Positions 1-11,682 of a stretch of DNA of 64,000 nt are shown here, piece after piece. Made by a program: the position numbers and the translations under genes. Source of the DNA: Glaucostegus cemiculus (lineage: Eukaryota); assembly GCA_976551045.1 (NCBI GenBank), contig CDPCPM010000044.1:5270001-5334000 (forward strand). The letters are read 5' to 3'. The notes beneath the pieces were generated by a model. It had not been told where the DNA came from, ran no database searches, and saw only the letters and a program-made list of their open reading frames with translations. Position 1 is the first letter of the stretch, and the number at the start of each line of letters is the position of its first letter.

Positions 1-1966
1 CTCTCCCGTCCCCATTGATGATGAAAAGACTTCGCCAGAGGCTTAGCAACCTCTTCCCACAGTAGCCTGGGGTACATCTCATCCAGTCCTGGCAACTTAT
101 CCAACTTGATGCTTTCCAAAAGCTCCAGCACATCCTCTTTCTTAATATCCACATGCTCAAGTTTTTCAGTCTGCTGCAAGTCATCACTACAATCACCAAG
201 ATCCTTTTCCATAGTGAATACTGAAGTAATGTATTCATTAAGTACCTTTGCTATTTCCTCCAGATCCATACACACTTTCCTAATGTTCCACTTGATAGAT
301 CCTATTCTTTCATGTCTTATTCTCTTGCTCTTCACATACTTGTAGAATGCCTTGGGGTTTTCCTTAATTCAGCCTGCCAATGCCTTTACATGGCCCCTCC
401 TGGCTCTCCTAATTTCCTTCTTAAGCTCCTTCCTGTTAGCCTTATACTCTTCTAGATCTCTAACATTACCTGGCTCTCTGAACCTTTTGTAAGCTTTTCT
501 TTTCTTCTTGACTAGATTTATTACAGCCTTTGTACACCATGGTTCCTGTACTCTATCATAACTTCCCTGTGTCATTGGAACATACCTACACAGAACTCCA
601 CACAAATATCCACATTTGCCACATTTCTTCTGTTCCCAATTTAAGCTTCCAATTTCCTGCCTGAGAGCCTCATAATTCCCCTTATTAAATGCTTTTCTAA
701 TTTGCCTGTTCCTATCTCTCTCCAATGCTATTGTAAAGGAGATAGAATTATGATCACTATCTCTAAAATGCTCTCCCACTGAGGGATCTGACACCTGACT
801 GGTTTATTTCCCAAAACCAAATCAAGTACAGTCTCTCCTCTTGTAGGCTTATCTACATATTGTGTCAAGAAACCTTCCTGAACACACCTAACAAACTCAA
901 CCCCATCAAAACCTCTTGCTTTAGGGAGATGCCAGTCGACATTTGGAAAACTAAAATCTCCCATCACGACAACTCTGTTATTTTCACACCTTTCCAGGAT
1001 CTGTTTTCCTATCTGCTTCTCGATATCCTTGTTACTATTGGGTGGCCTATAAAAAACACCTAGTAAAGTTATTGACCCCTTCCTGTTCTAACCTCCACCC
1101 ACAGAGACTCTGTAGACAATCCCTCCATGACGCCCACCTTTTCTGCAGCTGTGACACTATCTCTGATCAACAGTGCCACTCCCCCAACTCTTTTGCCTCT
1201 CTCCCTGTCCTTCCTGAAACATCTAAAAACTGGCACTTGAAGTAACTATTCCTGTCCCTGAGCCATCTGAGTCTCTGTAATGGCCACCACATCATAGATC
1301 CAAGTACTGATCCACACTCTAAACTCATCTGCTTTGTTCACAATACTCCTTGCGTTAAAATAGACACAACTCAAACCATCGGTCTGAGCACATCCTTTCT
1401 CTATCACCAGCCTGACCTCCCTCTCCCTCTCAAATAGCTTTTTCTATTTGAGAGCCAACTGCCTGTTTCCCAGTCTCTTCAGTTCAGTTCCCACCCCTCA
1501 ACAATTCTAGTTTAAATTCTCCCCAACAGCCTTTGCAAACATCCCTGCCAGGATATTGGTCCCCCTGGGACTCAAGTGCAACCCATCCTTTTTGTACAGG
1601 TCACACCTGTTCCTAAAGAGGTCCCAATGATCCAGAAATCTGAATCCCTGCCCCCTGTACCAATCCCTCAGCCACACATTTATCCTCCACCTCATTCTAT
1701 TCCTATACTCACTATTGCGTGGCACAGGCAGTAATCCCAAGATTACTATCTTTGCTCTCCTGTTCTTCAGCTTTCTGCCTTGCTCTCTAAACTCACTTTT
1801 CAGGACCTCATCCCTCTTTCTACCTATGTCGTTGGTACCAACATCTTCTGGCTGTTTTCCTTCCTACACAAGAATGCTGTGGACCTGATCAGAGACATCC
1901 TGGACTCGGCACCTGGGAGGCAACATACCATCCAGGATTCTCGCTCACGTCCACAGAACCTCCTGT
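1..1966 (-). mobile_element. CR1-clade LINE fragment (ORF1 SGNH-esterase region plus ORF2 endonuclease/linker), degenerate, runs off window start
   Basis: Minus-strand peptides WLRDWYRGQGFRFLDHWDLF..DLYKKDGLHL (CR1 ORF1 esterase), GDFSFPNVDW..FLTQYVDKPTRGETVLDLVL and SDHNSISF (APE endonuclease), ELKKEIRRARRGH; broken by frameshifts. Confidence 0.92.
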
Positions 1967-2230
1967 CATTTCTATACCTTTATAGCCCCCATATAATCTC
2001 AATCACTAACTTCTTACAGCCCTATAACTCTTCCCCTGGACTTGCACCCCTTTACTTTGCCCCTTCAACTTCACACTCTGAAAATCCCTTCTCTATTTTT
2101 GTAAGACTCTCTTTGACCTGATTTTTGATCAACCTTCCCAATATTCCAAACTTTTTTGACTTAGTGGCTATATTCTTTCTGACTCCTCTGTGAATTACTA
2201 GAGGGCATCTACTATTTTTTAATGTAGTTT
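1967..2230 (+). mobile_element. Old L2-type LINE 3' end relic
   Basis: Resembles the L2 terminus (ctctttgacc..tttt.atca.cc ... ctcctctgtgaa ... ctact..tt..aatgtagtt); highly diverged. Confidence 0.45.
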
Positions 2231-3756
2231 CTAATAATCCATCATTGTGAAGAGTCAGTCCGTGATATTCCTTTCTTAGCTGCCCTCTTATATCTACTGT
2301 TATTTCTACCTCCCATTGTTCTTCTCGCCTTTGGCAGATGGTCAGTATATTTTCTCCCACAGACAATGCCACAGATACTCCGGGCTTTCATGCATAGCAA
2401 TGATTTGCTTCAGTGGATCACCTGTGGCATCCCCACAGATCTATACATGCTGGCCCCATAAATAATGGAATGACCTTTGCATTTTTAATGTAGTACCAGA
2501 TTTCACCAGCAGTAATAATTCCATTGCACCTTTTATGACCTCTAATTAAGTACTGTTGGAACAGTGGTAATATGGGTAATAGGGCAATCAAAATGAGTAC
2601 AGCAAGGTGTTACAAACATCACTGAGGTGCTGACCAGTCAATGTGTTTAACCGTGATAGGATTGGAGAAGATAACATTGAGAAACCCCCTGCCCCTTTTG
2701 AAGTAGTTCCACTGGATATTTGACATTCATTTGAAAGGGTAGATTTTGCTTCAACTTAATGCCTCCACCAAACTTCCTCAAACTCAGTACCTGGTCTGCC
2801 CCTATTGAGTCAACACAGATTACACTTTTTTGCCCATGCAAAACAGACCATGAACATGTTTACTCAAACCTAGCTGCAAAAAAGTTTATTGATTTCCTGT
2901 TGAAAAAGATAGTGCAAGCTGAATTTATACAAAAACAGAGAGTAAGATGATCAGTTGGAATCAGCCAAGACCTGTGAAATGAATGGTACACAGATAAGTT
3001 TGGCATTTATTCAAAATTAGTCTCAAAACTGTGACCACCAGCTTAATGTTGAGGGTGAGATTTAATGATTCGCAAAGCAATGCAGGTTACAAAATCAATC
3101 AACAATGCAAAGCAGTGGCAGGGAGCTGCTGGAAGCACCCACCAGAAATATGAATCCCAGGCAGCCTATATGGCTAGAATTCGATTGCAAGAGATATTGA
3201 ACACATGTCTGAAATGAGGGAAATACAGAACCTTCTGCCTGTGTGCCCTTCAACCTGATGGATGAACAATGTCTGGCTTCCCAGAAAAATAAATTCAATT
3301 ACACAAGTCACAGTGGCAAAACTCAACCATGGTACATTGATTGCAACTTTGCAACCAGCTGCAATGTTAATAGTTTTGAATTAATTTTGTCTTCATTTTG
3401 CTAAAAGGAAGACAGTTTTATGAAGCTAGTTTAAAGACTGTCATGTTGCAATGGAATCACAGAGCAACAGCCTCAAATAGGTAAATACAAACAGCTGAAT
3501 GATAATAAATGACGCATGGTAGAAATATTAACTTCTCGGCTGACTTAGTTACGACATGCTTCATTAATGTATTTAGAATTGGCTGGCTCAAATTATTGTG
3601 TTATGAGTAGTGTGCTGTACTAAACTCTGTCAATCACATCAACACATCGATAATTTCTGACGGTGTGCTTACACGGATGAATCTGAATAAGAATCATGAA
3701 AGATTATTATCAATTCCCACTGGAAACACAATTGCGGTAATATTATTTCTTTAAAT

Positions 3757-4005
3757 AAGAAATCATAGAAACTTTACAGTTCAGAAGGAGGCCATTCAGC
3801 CTGCTGAACTCATATTGTTCCTTTTCAGGAGGCATCAAACTTGTCCCATTCCTTTGCCTTCTCCTTACAGCCCTACAAGTTCTTCCCTTTCAATACATAT
3901 CCAGTTCCCGTGGAATACCATGATTAAATCTTCCTCCAGCACCCTTGGAAGTGCATTTCAGTTCCTAACCACTCGCTGTGTAGAAGAGATTTTCCTCATG
4001 TCACT
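3757..4005 (-). mobile_element. Old CR1 3' end
   Basis: Tail-type atcatagaa..cagaaggaggccattcagcc; reverse complement of an (F)TQRVVRNWNALP-like coding end. Confidence 0.7.
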
Positions 4006-4160
4006 TTTACCTTCCTTCTCTGCCCTCAGGAATTAGAATACCCTTTCAAACGAGGAGCTGGTGGATACCTTCACTGCACTCAGTTCCTGAATATAGTATG
4101 AATGCCATGCTTTACTTCCTGATGTCCTTGTGGGCAAAATTGGACAATTGCTGAAAATGG

Positions 4161-4196
4161 GTCCAGATGAAGGGTCTCGACCCAAAACGTCGACTG
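4161..4196 (+). ncRNA. Minimal type I hammerhead-ribozyme-like motif (degenerate)
   Basis: GTC-CaGATGA-A-GGGT(CTCG)ACCC-aAAAC-GTC-GAC: stem I GTC/GAC, stem II, GUC triplet; two core substitutions. Confidence 0.55.
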
Positions 4197-4281
4197 TCCA
4201 TTTCCCTCCACAGTTGCTGCCTGATACAGAAGCTCATTTTTTTCACTCCAGGTTCCAGCATCTGCAGTCGATCTTATCTCA
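4163..4281 (+). mobile_element. 119-bp Penelope-like element 3' terminus with 11-bp TSD
   Basis: TGAAAATGGGT at 4152-4162 and 4282-4292; body gatgaagggtctcgaccc..gctgcctga..ttccagcatctgcagtc matches the terminus of the other Penelope copies in this window. Confidence 0.8.
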
Positions 4282-4604
4282 TGAAAATGGGTGCTTGGGT
4301 TCTGGTACCCACAATGGTTACCTGAAATTCAAGTCGCACTCCAAGTTTATGCAGCCTACTCATACAAAGGTTGCAACATGCACTGGTGTCAACTCCACTG
4401 TTAACATTGGTAGGGAGCCTAGGATCACCACATCCTGGTGAAAGTTTACGCCAGCTTCCACCTCTTAAAGGATGGTGCATTTTGTCTGGAGCAGTTGTTG
4501 GCACTTATGGAGGAAGTGAGCCTGAGCTGTGAGACAGGCAGGAGTAATTCAATATGGCAGCAGTGACATCACCTATGACATCAGCATCATGCTGAGGTTT
4601 TTGA

Positions 4605-4836
4605 CTTTCCTCCATCTTTCCGCATCTCAGGAGATTCCTTATCCACTGACATCTTCTACAAACCTACAGATGCCCACAGTTACCTCAATTACAGCTCCTT
4701 CCACCCTGTCTCTTGCAAGGACGTTATCCCTTTTTCTCAATTTCTCTGCCTCTGCTGCATCTGGTCCCACGATGAGGCTTTCGAGGCTACCAGGACATCA
4801 GAGATGTCCAACTTCTTTTCTAACCAGGGATTCCCC
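4605..4836 (+). mobile_element. Penelope-like element RT C-terminal fragment
   Basis: Translates as ISGDSLSTDIFYKPTDAHSYLNYSSFHPVSCKDVIPFSQFL, typical of PLE reverse transcriptase. Confidence 0.85.
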
Positions 4837-5663
4837 CAAATGTGGTAAAGGTTGCCATGGCCACGGACTGGAACTGGAGATATTAATATCTCAGTGTGCC
4901 ATCCACTGGTGTACAGGAGAAGTCATGGAAACTCTCTATTCACAGAGAACTAACCACATTCCATTTTCTGTTGGCAGAGAGACACAGACAGAGTAAACTC
5001 ATCAGGACTTCACCTTCCCGTGATGTAGAGTGGCTCTGACTGCAGGCACATCACTTAGATGGGCAGCAGATGTCAACTCTTTCAAGTATCAGAAATGAAA
5101 GGAATCCCCCTCCATCAAGATCCACCTGGTGTGTGGAGGTGCACCATGCAGGTCAAACCTTGGGTACCAATCCTTCTATCATTGCTCTGTGACCGATGCT
5201 GAGCAAGCTGCTTTCTGATCACCCAGTGGACCACTGAATATTGATTATCAACTGACTTGACTTGCATTTGCTTTTGGCTTACAACTTTGAGATTTGGCTG
5301 GCACACAGCTTTAAGACAAAAAAAAATCATGCAGCAATCTTGCAACACAGGTATATTTTTATATCCTAGTCAACAGCATGACATAAAGTCTAAATATAAA
5401 TGCTCCCTTATCCTGGTCAGAACCTTTTTAGCACACCAACCATTTGTCCACTAAATCCTCAGTAATTTTCTTACTGCATTTCCTACCACCACCAATAGCT
5501 ATCCCCGCCTCCAATTTCAAGGAGTGCTTGTGTTTCTTTATTTGGCTACATAAAAGTCCCCATCCGATTCACCTTTTTCTGTCTTATAGAAATTACAAAT
5601 CACAAGCTAAGGAGATTAATTCCTCAAATATCAAGAGCCATGAACCCATGAATGCCACCTCAT

Positions 5664-5896
5664 TATAGAAACATAGAAAACTTGCAGCACAATTCAGGCC
5701 CTTCGGCCCACAAAGCTGTGCCGAACATGTCCCTATCTTAGAAATTACTAGGCTTACCCACAGCTCTCTATTTTTCTCAGCTCCATGTACCTATCCAAAA
5801 GTCTCTTAAAGGACCCTATCGTATCCACTTCCACCACCGTTGCCAGCAGCCGATTCCATGCAATCACCATTCTCAGAGTAAAAAAAACTTACCCCG
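5664..5896 (-). mobile_element. CR1 3' end (younger subfamily)
   Basis: atagaaacatagaa tail and ggcccttcggcccacaaagctgtgccgaacatgtccc; shared with copies at 14432-14980 and 46631-46745. Confidence 0.88.
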
Positions 5897-6030
5897 ACTT
5901 TATTTTTGTTTTGCACTGTTAATTTGTTTTTGTAACTGATAGTAACATTATGTCTTTTCCCTGTACTGTGGCTGCAAAACAACAAATTTCAAATCATCTA
6001 AGTCAGTGATAATAATTCTGATTCTGATTT
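5897..6030 (+). mobile_element. Rex1/Babar-type LINE 3'UTR
   Basis: ctgtactgtggctgcaaaacaacaaatttca...gtgataataa followed by (TTCTGA)n tail. Confidence 0.65.
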
Positions 6031-7611
6031 CACTTTTTCTGTAATGTGAAACCAAAGAATAAACATTATAAAACTCAATGCAATGAGAGGAAAGGTCATT
6101 AAGTGTAGCATATCATGGATGCACTGGGATTTACTTTGGTCAACATTTCTGTCAAAAACATGGAAATAGCATTTGGAGCATCTTACAAGTTTGCTGGAGG
6201 TGTGGCCAATATTAATGCACTTCAGTTGCCACAGCAGCATCAGCAATTCTTCCCAGTGGCAAACGATCAAACACAAGAAGGTGACAATTTTTTTCCCTCT
6301 TGGGAGTGATCCCAGTTCCCCCATAACCCCGTGGGCAGCGGCTGGCAGGAGGCAAGAAAATAAGACAAAATCAAAATCAACTGCTAGAGATTACCATTCA
6401 GATTGAGTCCTATCATTTCCTAATTCCTTCTGAAATAGCTAGAGTAATATTGGCAGCAAATCTCTGGAGCCTGTGGTTCTCTTGTTAACATGCACTGTGA
6501 AATCATAGGTTTACTGCTAGCTTCACCAGTTGGTAAACTAGTCAAATACCCATCATCGAAGAAGCTAAATGCTTTATTTTCTTTTAATTAAATATTTTAA
6601 TTGGCAGTTTGTTGTTGCTGGAATCATGACATTGAAGATTCTCTTGCCAGCAGTTAAATACAGAACGAGGTTCCTTTAACTTGAAAATATGATGCTATGA
6701 TCCTGGTTTTTTTTGTTGTTGATGTCCCTACCCAAGTGTAGGGTAACATGGTTGGTGTTTGATCTGTAGCTTTTTTTTACATTGGTTAGATTCATCCAAA
6801 CAGCCTCAACAAAACCCATTTCCATTCTGATAAAATCCTGAGTACATTTTGTGTCTGCACACAGGTGCTCTGAGTTGATCATAACTCAAGGGGTTGACTT
6901 AATTAAAATACCATAAGATTCAAATATCCTGCACACTGATCTAGAATGAAATTGACATGAACAGCAGGATTTAAAGAGCTATGACAGCTGAAGGAAATGG
7001 TTACTTAAATGACTTTGAAACCTATCAACAGGGCTATTGCCAACATAATGCCTGTCAGGAATGAAGCACAGCCTCTAAATTCTCAAATGTAGCTTTCAAA
7101 GAGCCATTAGCTCAAGCTCAATTGAGCAGAAGGCAGCAGAGTTTTGTACGTCGTGTTGCCAGGCTGCAAGGTAAGCAGCAGAAGGCCAACGTTTCCTTGG
7201 CTGCGAGACAGGTTCCAATTCCAACTGCCTATCCACAAACAAGCCACATCTTCCCAAGAATGCATTGCAATAAACATATCTGCCATGCACAATGGCTCCC
7301 TTTAATTGTGTATTGTAGGACCTTGGTCGATTGCTAACAATGTGCAGGAAGCAGCACTGGAACTGTCCCCTCACCGACAGACTAATGTTAATGGAAAGTA
7401 AAATAAAATAATGTAGTGTCGTTGACTTTGTATTATTCGTTTCTCTCTCTACAGATGTTCCTGACCTGTTGAGTATCTCCAAATAATTTTGGTTGTAGTT
7501 CTAATTTAAATGGAACCTAATTACATTGTGCATGGAATGTAATTGTTTACTGAATTCCTATTATCACAACCATTACACTCCGCACGATGAAACTTGGGCT
7601 GCTGAATGTCA

Positions 7612-8822
7612 TAGGAAGATTGATGAGGGCAGTGCGGTGGATGTGGTCTGCATGGATTTTAGTAAGGCATTTGATAAGGTTCCTCATGGTAGGCTTCTTC
7701 AGAAGGTCAGAGGTCAAGGCATTCAGGGAAGATTGGCTGTGTGGATTAGGAATTGGCTTGCCTGTAGAAAGCAAAGGGTTGTGGTGGAGGGAGTGCCTTC
7801 GGATTGGAGGGCTGTGACTAGTGGTGTCCCATAGGGATTGGTTCTGGGACCTCTAACTTTTGTTATATTTATAATAGATGACTTAGATGAGGGGGTGGAA
7901 GGCTGGGCTAGTAAGTTTGCAGATGACATTAAGATTGGCGGTGTTGTGGATAGTGTGGAGGACTGTCGGAGCTTACAGAGGGATATTGATAGGATGCAGA
8001 GCTGGGCAGACAAGTGGCAGATGGAGTTCAATCCAGAGAAGTGTGAGGTGGAACACTTTGGAAGGACAAACTCCAGAGCAGAGTACAAGGTAAATGGCGA
8101 GGTACTTGGCAGTGTAGAGGAGCAGAGGGATCTGGGGGTTCATATCCACAGTTCACTGAAAGTTGCCTCACAGGTGGATAGGGCAGTTTCAGAAGGCCTA
8201 TGGGATGTTAGCTTTCATAAATCGTGGGATTGAGTTTAAGAGCCGCAAGGTGATGATGCAGCTTTACAAAAGTCTGGTTAGACTGCACTTAGAGTACTGT
8301 GTTCCGTTCTGGTCGCCATATTATAGGAAGGATGTGGAGGTGTTGGAGAGGGTGCAGAGGAGACTTACCAAGATGCTGCCTGGATTAGAGAGTATAGAAT
8401 ATGAGGAGAGGCTTAAGGTGCTAGGGCTTTACTCATTGGAGAGGAGGAGGATGAGGGGAGACATGATAGAGGTGTATAAAATATTGAGAGGAATAGATAG
8501 AGTAGACAGCCAGCACCCCTTTCTCAGGGCAACAATGCTCCAGACAAGGGGGCATGGCTTTAAGGTTATGGGTGGGAAGTTCAGGGGAGATGTCAGAGGG
8601 AGGTTTTTCGCCCAGAGAATGGTTGGTGCATGGAATGCACTGCCTGGGGTGGTGGTGGAGGCAGATACATTCGACAGGTTCAAGAGATTTTTGGATAGGC
8701 ATATGGAAGAATGTGGGATAGAGGGATATGTGGGAGGAAAGGGTTAGATAGTGTGAGGTGTGGTTTGAAGGATGGCACAACATGGTGGGCCGAAGGGCCT
8801 GTATTGTGTTGTATGGTTCTAT
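7612..8822 (+). mobile_element. 5'-truncated CR1 LINE (RT domain to 3' tail)
   Basis: DFSKAFDKVPHGRLL, VTSGVP, SKFADDIKIGG, HLEYCVPFWSPYYRKD, RFFAQRMVGAWNALP; tail gggccgaagggcctgt..tatggttctat; frameshifted. Confidence 0.95.
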
Positions 8823-9619
8823 AGAACCAAAGGTAACTCAAGTTAAAAAATTGCTTAATCAAGATTCATGCTATTTATTCAGGTTCTCCCCATCGCAAGC
8901 ACCTAGTGTCAACATTAAGGACTCTCAGCACAGCTAGATCCAGCTCAAAATCTCTTCCAATGCATCAATGACGAATCTCAGCTAGCATCAGGATATTAGG
9001 GAACAAGACTTGTGTAAGATTATTTCTTTATCACTTTTGTAGTTATTCATAAGTTCCTAACTATCTCTGACATCTTCACTGCTTTTCTACCTCAGTGGAG
9101 TAGTTCACCGACAATCAATAAGCACATTCAGCTTTAAATCAAAATGTTTCAAGCAGCTTTCAATTATTTCACTTCCATATAATAATTTCACACTAACAGT
9201 AAGATATTATCACTTGTGTGACTATCTCATAGATGACTGAAGACTACAGACTGCAGCCTTTGCAAAATGACCAGGAATGAAAATACAGCAATGTTGCATC
9301 AAAACTCCACTGAGAGATCTGATAATGTTTTATAGTCACTGAAGACACATCTTCAATAAAGCTGCAAACTTACTTTTGCCACAGCATAAATAAACCAGAA
9401 ATTATCCCAGGGCCTGTTCCAATAAATTAAACTCACAACATTATCCTTTGCAAGCCTTATTTCTCCTTGCAGAAAATCTGTGTAATCCAATAAAGTTGTC
9501 ATTTTGATTGGTCTGAGCTACTCTTGGCTGGTAACTAGTATCTATTGCCAACTCTTATCATCAGTAAAGTTTTCTGAAGCATCTTGAGCAAAATGATAGC
9601 CTGTGCTGTGCCAAGCCAG

Positions 9620-9897
9620 GTGAATGACAGTAACGCTATCATAGCGCCAGTGACCCAGGTTCAATTCCGGCCACCGTCTGTAAGGAGTTTGTAAGTTCTC
9701 CCCGTGACTGTGTGGATTTCCTCCAGGTGCTCTGGTTTCCTCCCACATTCCAAAGGTGTACGGGTTAGGAAGTTGTGGGCATGCTATGTTGGTGCCGGAA
9801 GCATGGAGACCCTTGTGGGCTGCCCCCAGAACACTCTACACAAAGATGCATTTCACTGTGTGTTTCGATATCCATGCGACTAATAAAGATATCTTAA
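9620..9897 (+). mobile_element. tRNA-derived V-SINE, family with Rex1-like tail
   Basis: B box GGTTCAATTCC; V-domain gagtttgtaagttctccccgtgac..ctctggtttcctcccaca; tail tttcactgtgtgtttcg..gactaataaagatatctta; five copies in window. Confidence 0.88.
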
Positions 9898-11387
9898 AAA
9901 CTTTGCTCATTTTGGAAGAGCTTGTTAATGCTGCCTAGTTTGCCTTATGTCACATCAGATCCCATATATTCCTGTATGCTGAAGAAGTTGAATCCACAGG
10001 TGGAAATTGTTCAAAATGCTCGTGCTGAGTATTGCATGACATTAACCTGTGTGAAATACTCAGATAGTTCATACATTGCAAACGCATGTGCGGGTGCATG
10101 TATTTTCAAAATGTTGACTGAAAGGGAACAGCAGGGCTGTGGATATTTGTCAAGGGTGTATTCTAGCTAACTCGCATGTGGTATGAGCCATTTTGACTTG
10201 CAGATCTCATTTAATTAAATCAGACCTGAACATATAGTAGAAGATAAGTTAAATGAAAGGGTGGGGAGGGGGCAAGTGGAGTCTAAAGTAATCATGGGAA
10301 TCCTTAAATGGGGAGGTTGATCAAGATTTCAAAGATGAAACTGGAATCAAATGTCAACTTTGATCCCATTGCTTTAAACATAGTTGGGATCTGATCAACT
10401 TGATTAGACCATAAATTTTGAATGCCAGTAAGGGTTGGCCTTCCTGGGCTAAGGGTTTCACGTGGCTCCCAAAGTGTGTGACTCAGACTTTACAGCCTGG
10501 CATTGATGAACACAGCATTCCCCACCTCCTCCCCCACCCTCTCACCTCAACCTGTGTTAATTGCAGGTCTGTACACCTTTCCAATGCTTCTGCATTTGAG
10601 ATGTTGACGGTTTTGAAGTTGAGGCTGTGTTTTGCTTGAATGCCTTCATAGATGTATTGGACCAATTTACTGGTTTCCAGGCTGAAAATCCTTACAAACA
10701 ACATTCCATATTACTGTGTGTTAATACCCATTTCTGGTGGTGGTGGGGAGGGTGAGGCGGGAGGGGGAAATCTTCTTTAATACCAACCATAGAAAACTTG
10801 GTTGTGCTTGGATCCAGCTTATAATAACAATATCCACCATAATGACAGCAGTGATACAGAACAGACCAGTCCCGGTGGATCGCCATGCTTTAATTTGCTG
10901 GATACATCAGATGAGAAAATGGACTGACACTGGAGGAGCCAGAGAGATCACGGAGAGTACCATCCAAAGAAACACATTCATCAAGGGCAACTAAACCTCT
11001 GAAGAATCCTCTGCCAACAAACCACTGATGGATAATGCACACAGCAAGCCTGGTAAAAGTGATGGTATTCAACCTTTTAGCCACAAGCCACTTATTAGAG
11101 ACTTGACCCATTTCTTACACACAAACATTCACTACCATAACTCACCAGCACATAATGCGTCTTCCCCTTTGACATCAACTGCAACTTGCAGATCTTTATA
11201 GTTTCTGCTGTCTGTACTTTTGTTCTATTTCTTCCAGATACTTTCCCCACAATGAGCTAATTGTATCATTTCCTGACAGTTCAACCACTTAAGCAGATTT
11301 AGGAAGGTGTTTTCAAATTACCTGTTTGTCACTTTTATTTGTCCTTGTTCACTCAACTACTCTGAAAGCACATATGAAAGCAGATGG

Positions 11388-11682
11388 GGCAGGCACGGTA
11401 GTGTAGCAGTTAGCGTAACACTAATACAGCGCTAGTGACCCGGGTTCAATTCCCGCCACTGTCTTTAAGGAGTTCGTAAGCTCTCCCCGTGACTGCGTAA
11501 ATTTCCTCCGGGTGCCCTGTTTTCCTCCCACATTCCAAAGATGTACAAGTTAGGAAGCTGTGGGCATGCTACATTGGCGCTGGAAGCGTGGTGACACTTG
11601 CGGGCTGCCCCCAGAACACTCTACACAAAAGATGTATTTCACCGTGTGTTCCAATCTACATGTGACTAATAAAGATATCTTA
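11388..11682 (+). mobile_element. tRNA-derived V-SINE, family with Rex1-like tail (full length)
   Basis: A-box-like tagtgtagcagttagc, B box at 11443-11453, V-domain, same tail as 9620-9897. Confidence 0.9.

Noticed and set aside
2052-2372. 106-aa minus-strand ORF that looks protein-like
   Set aside because: Largely antisense to a pyrimidine-rich L2-like 3' relic; no recognisable domain and a non-ATG start.
8814-8829. 16-bp perfect palindrome TGGTTCTATAGAACCA at a CR1 3' junction
   Set aside because: About one 8+8 palindrome is expected by chance in 64 kb (64000/4^8).
11388-11460. tRNA-like sequence with A/B boxes
   Set aside because: It is the head of a multi-copy SINE and continues into the V-domain; no complete cloverleaf.
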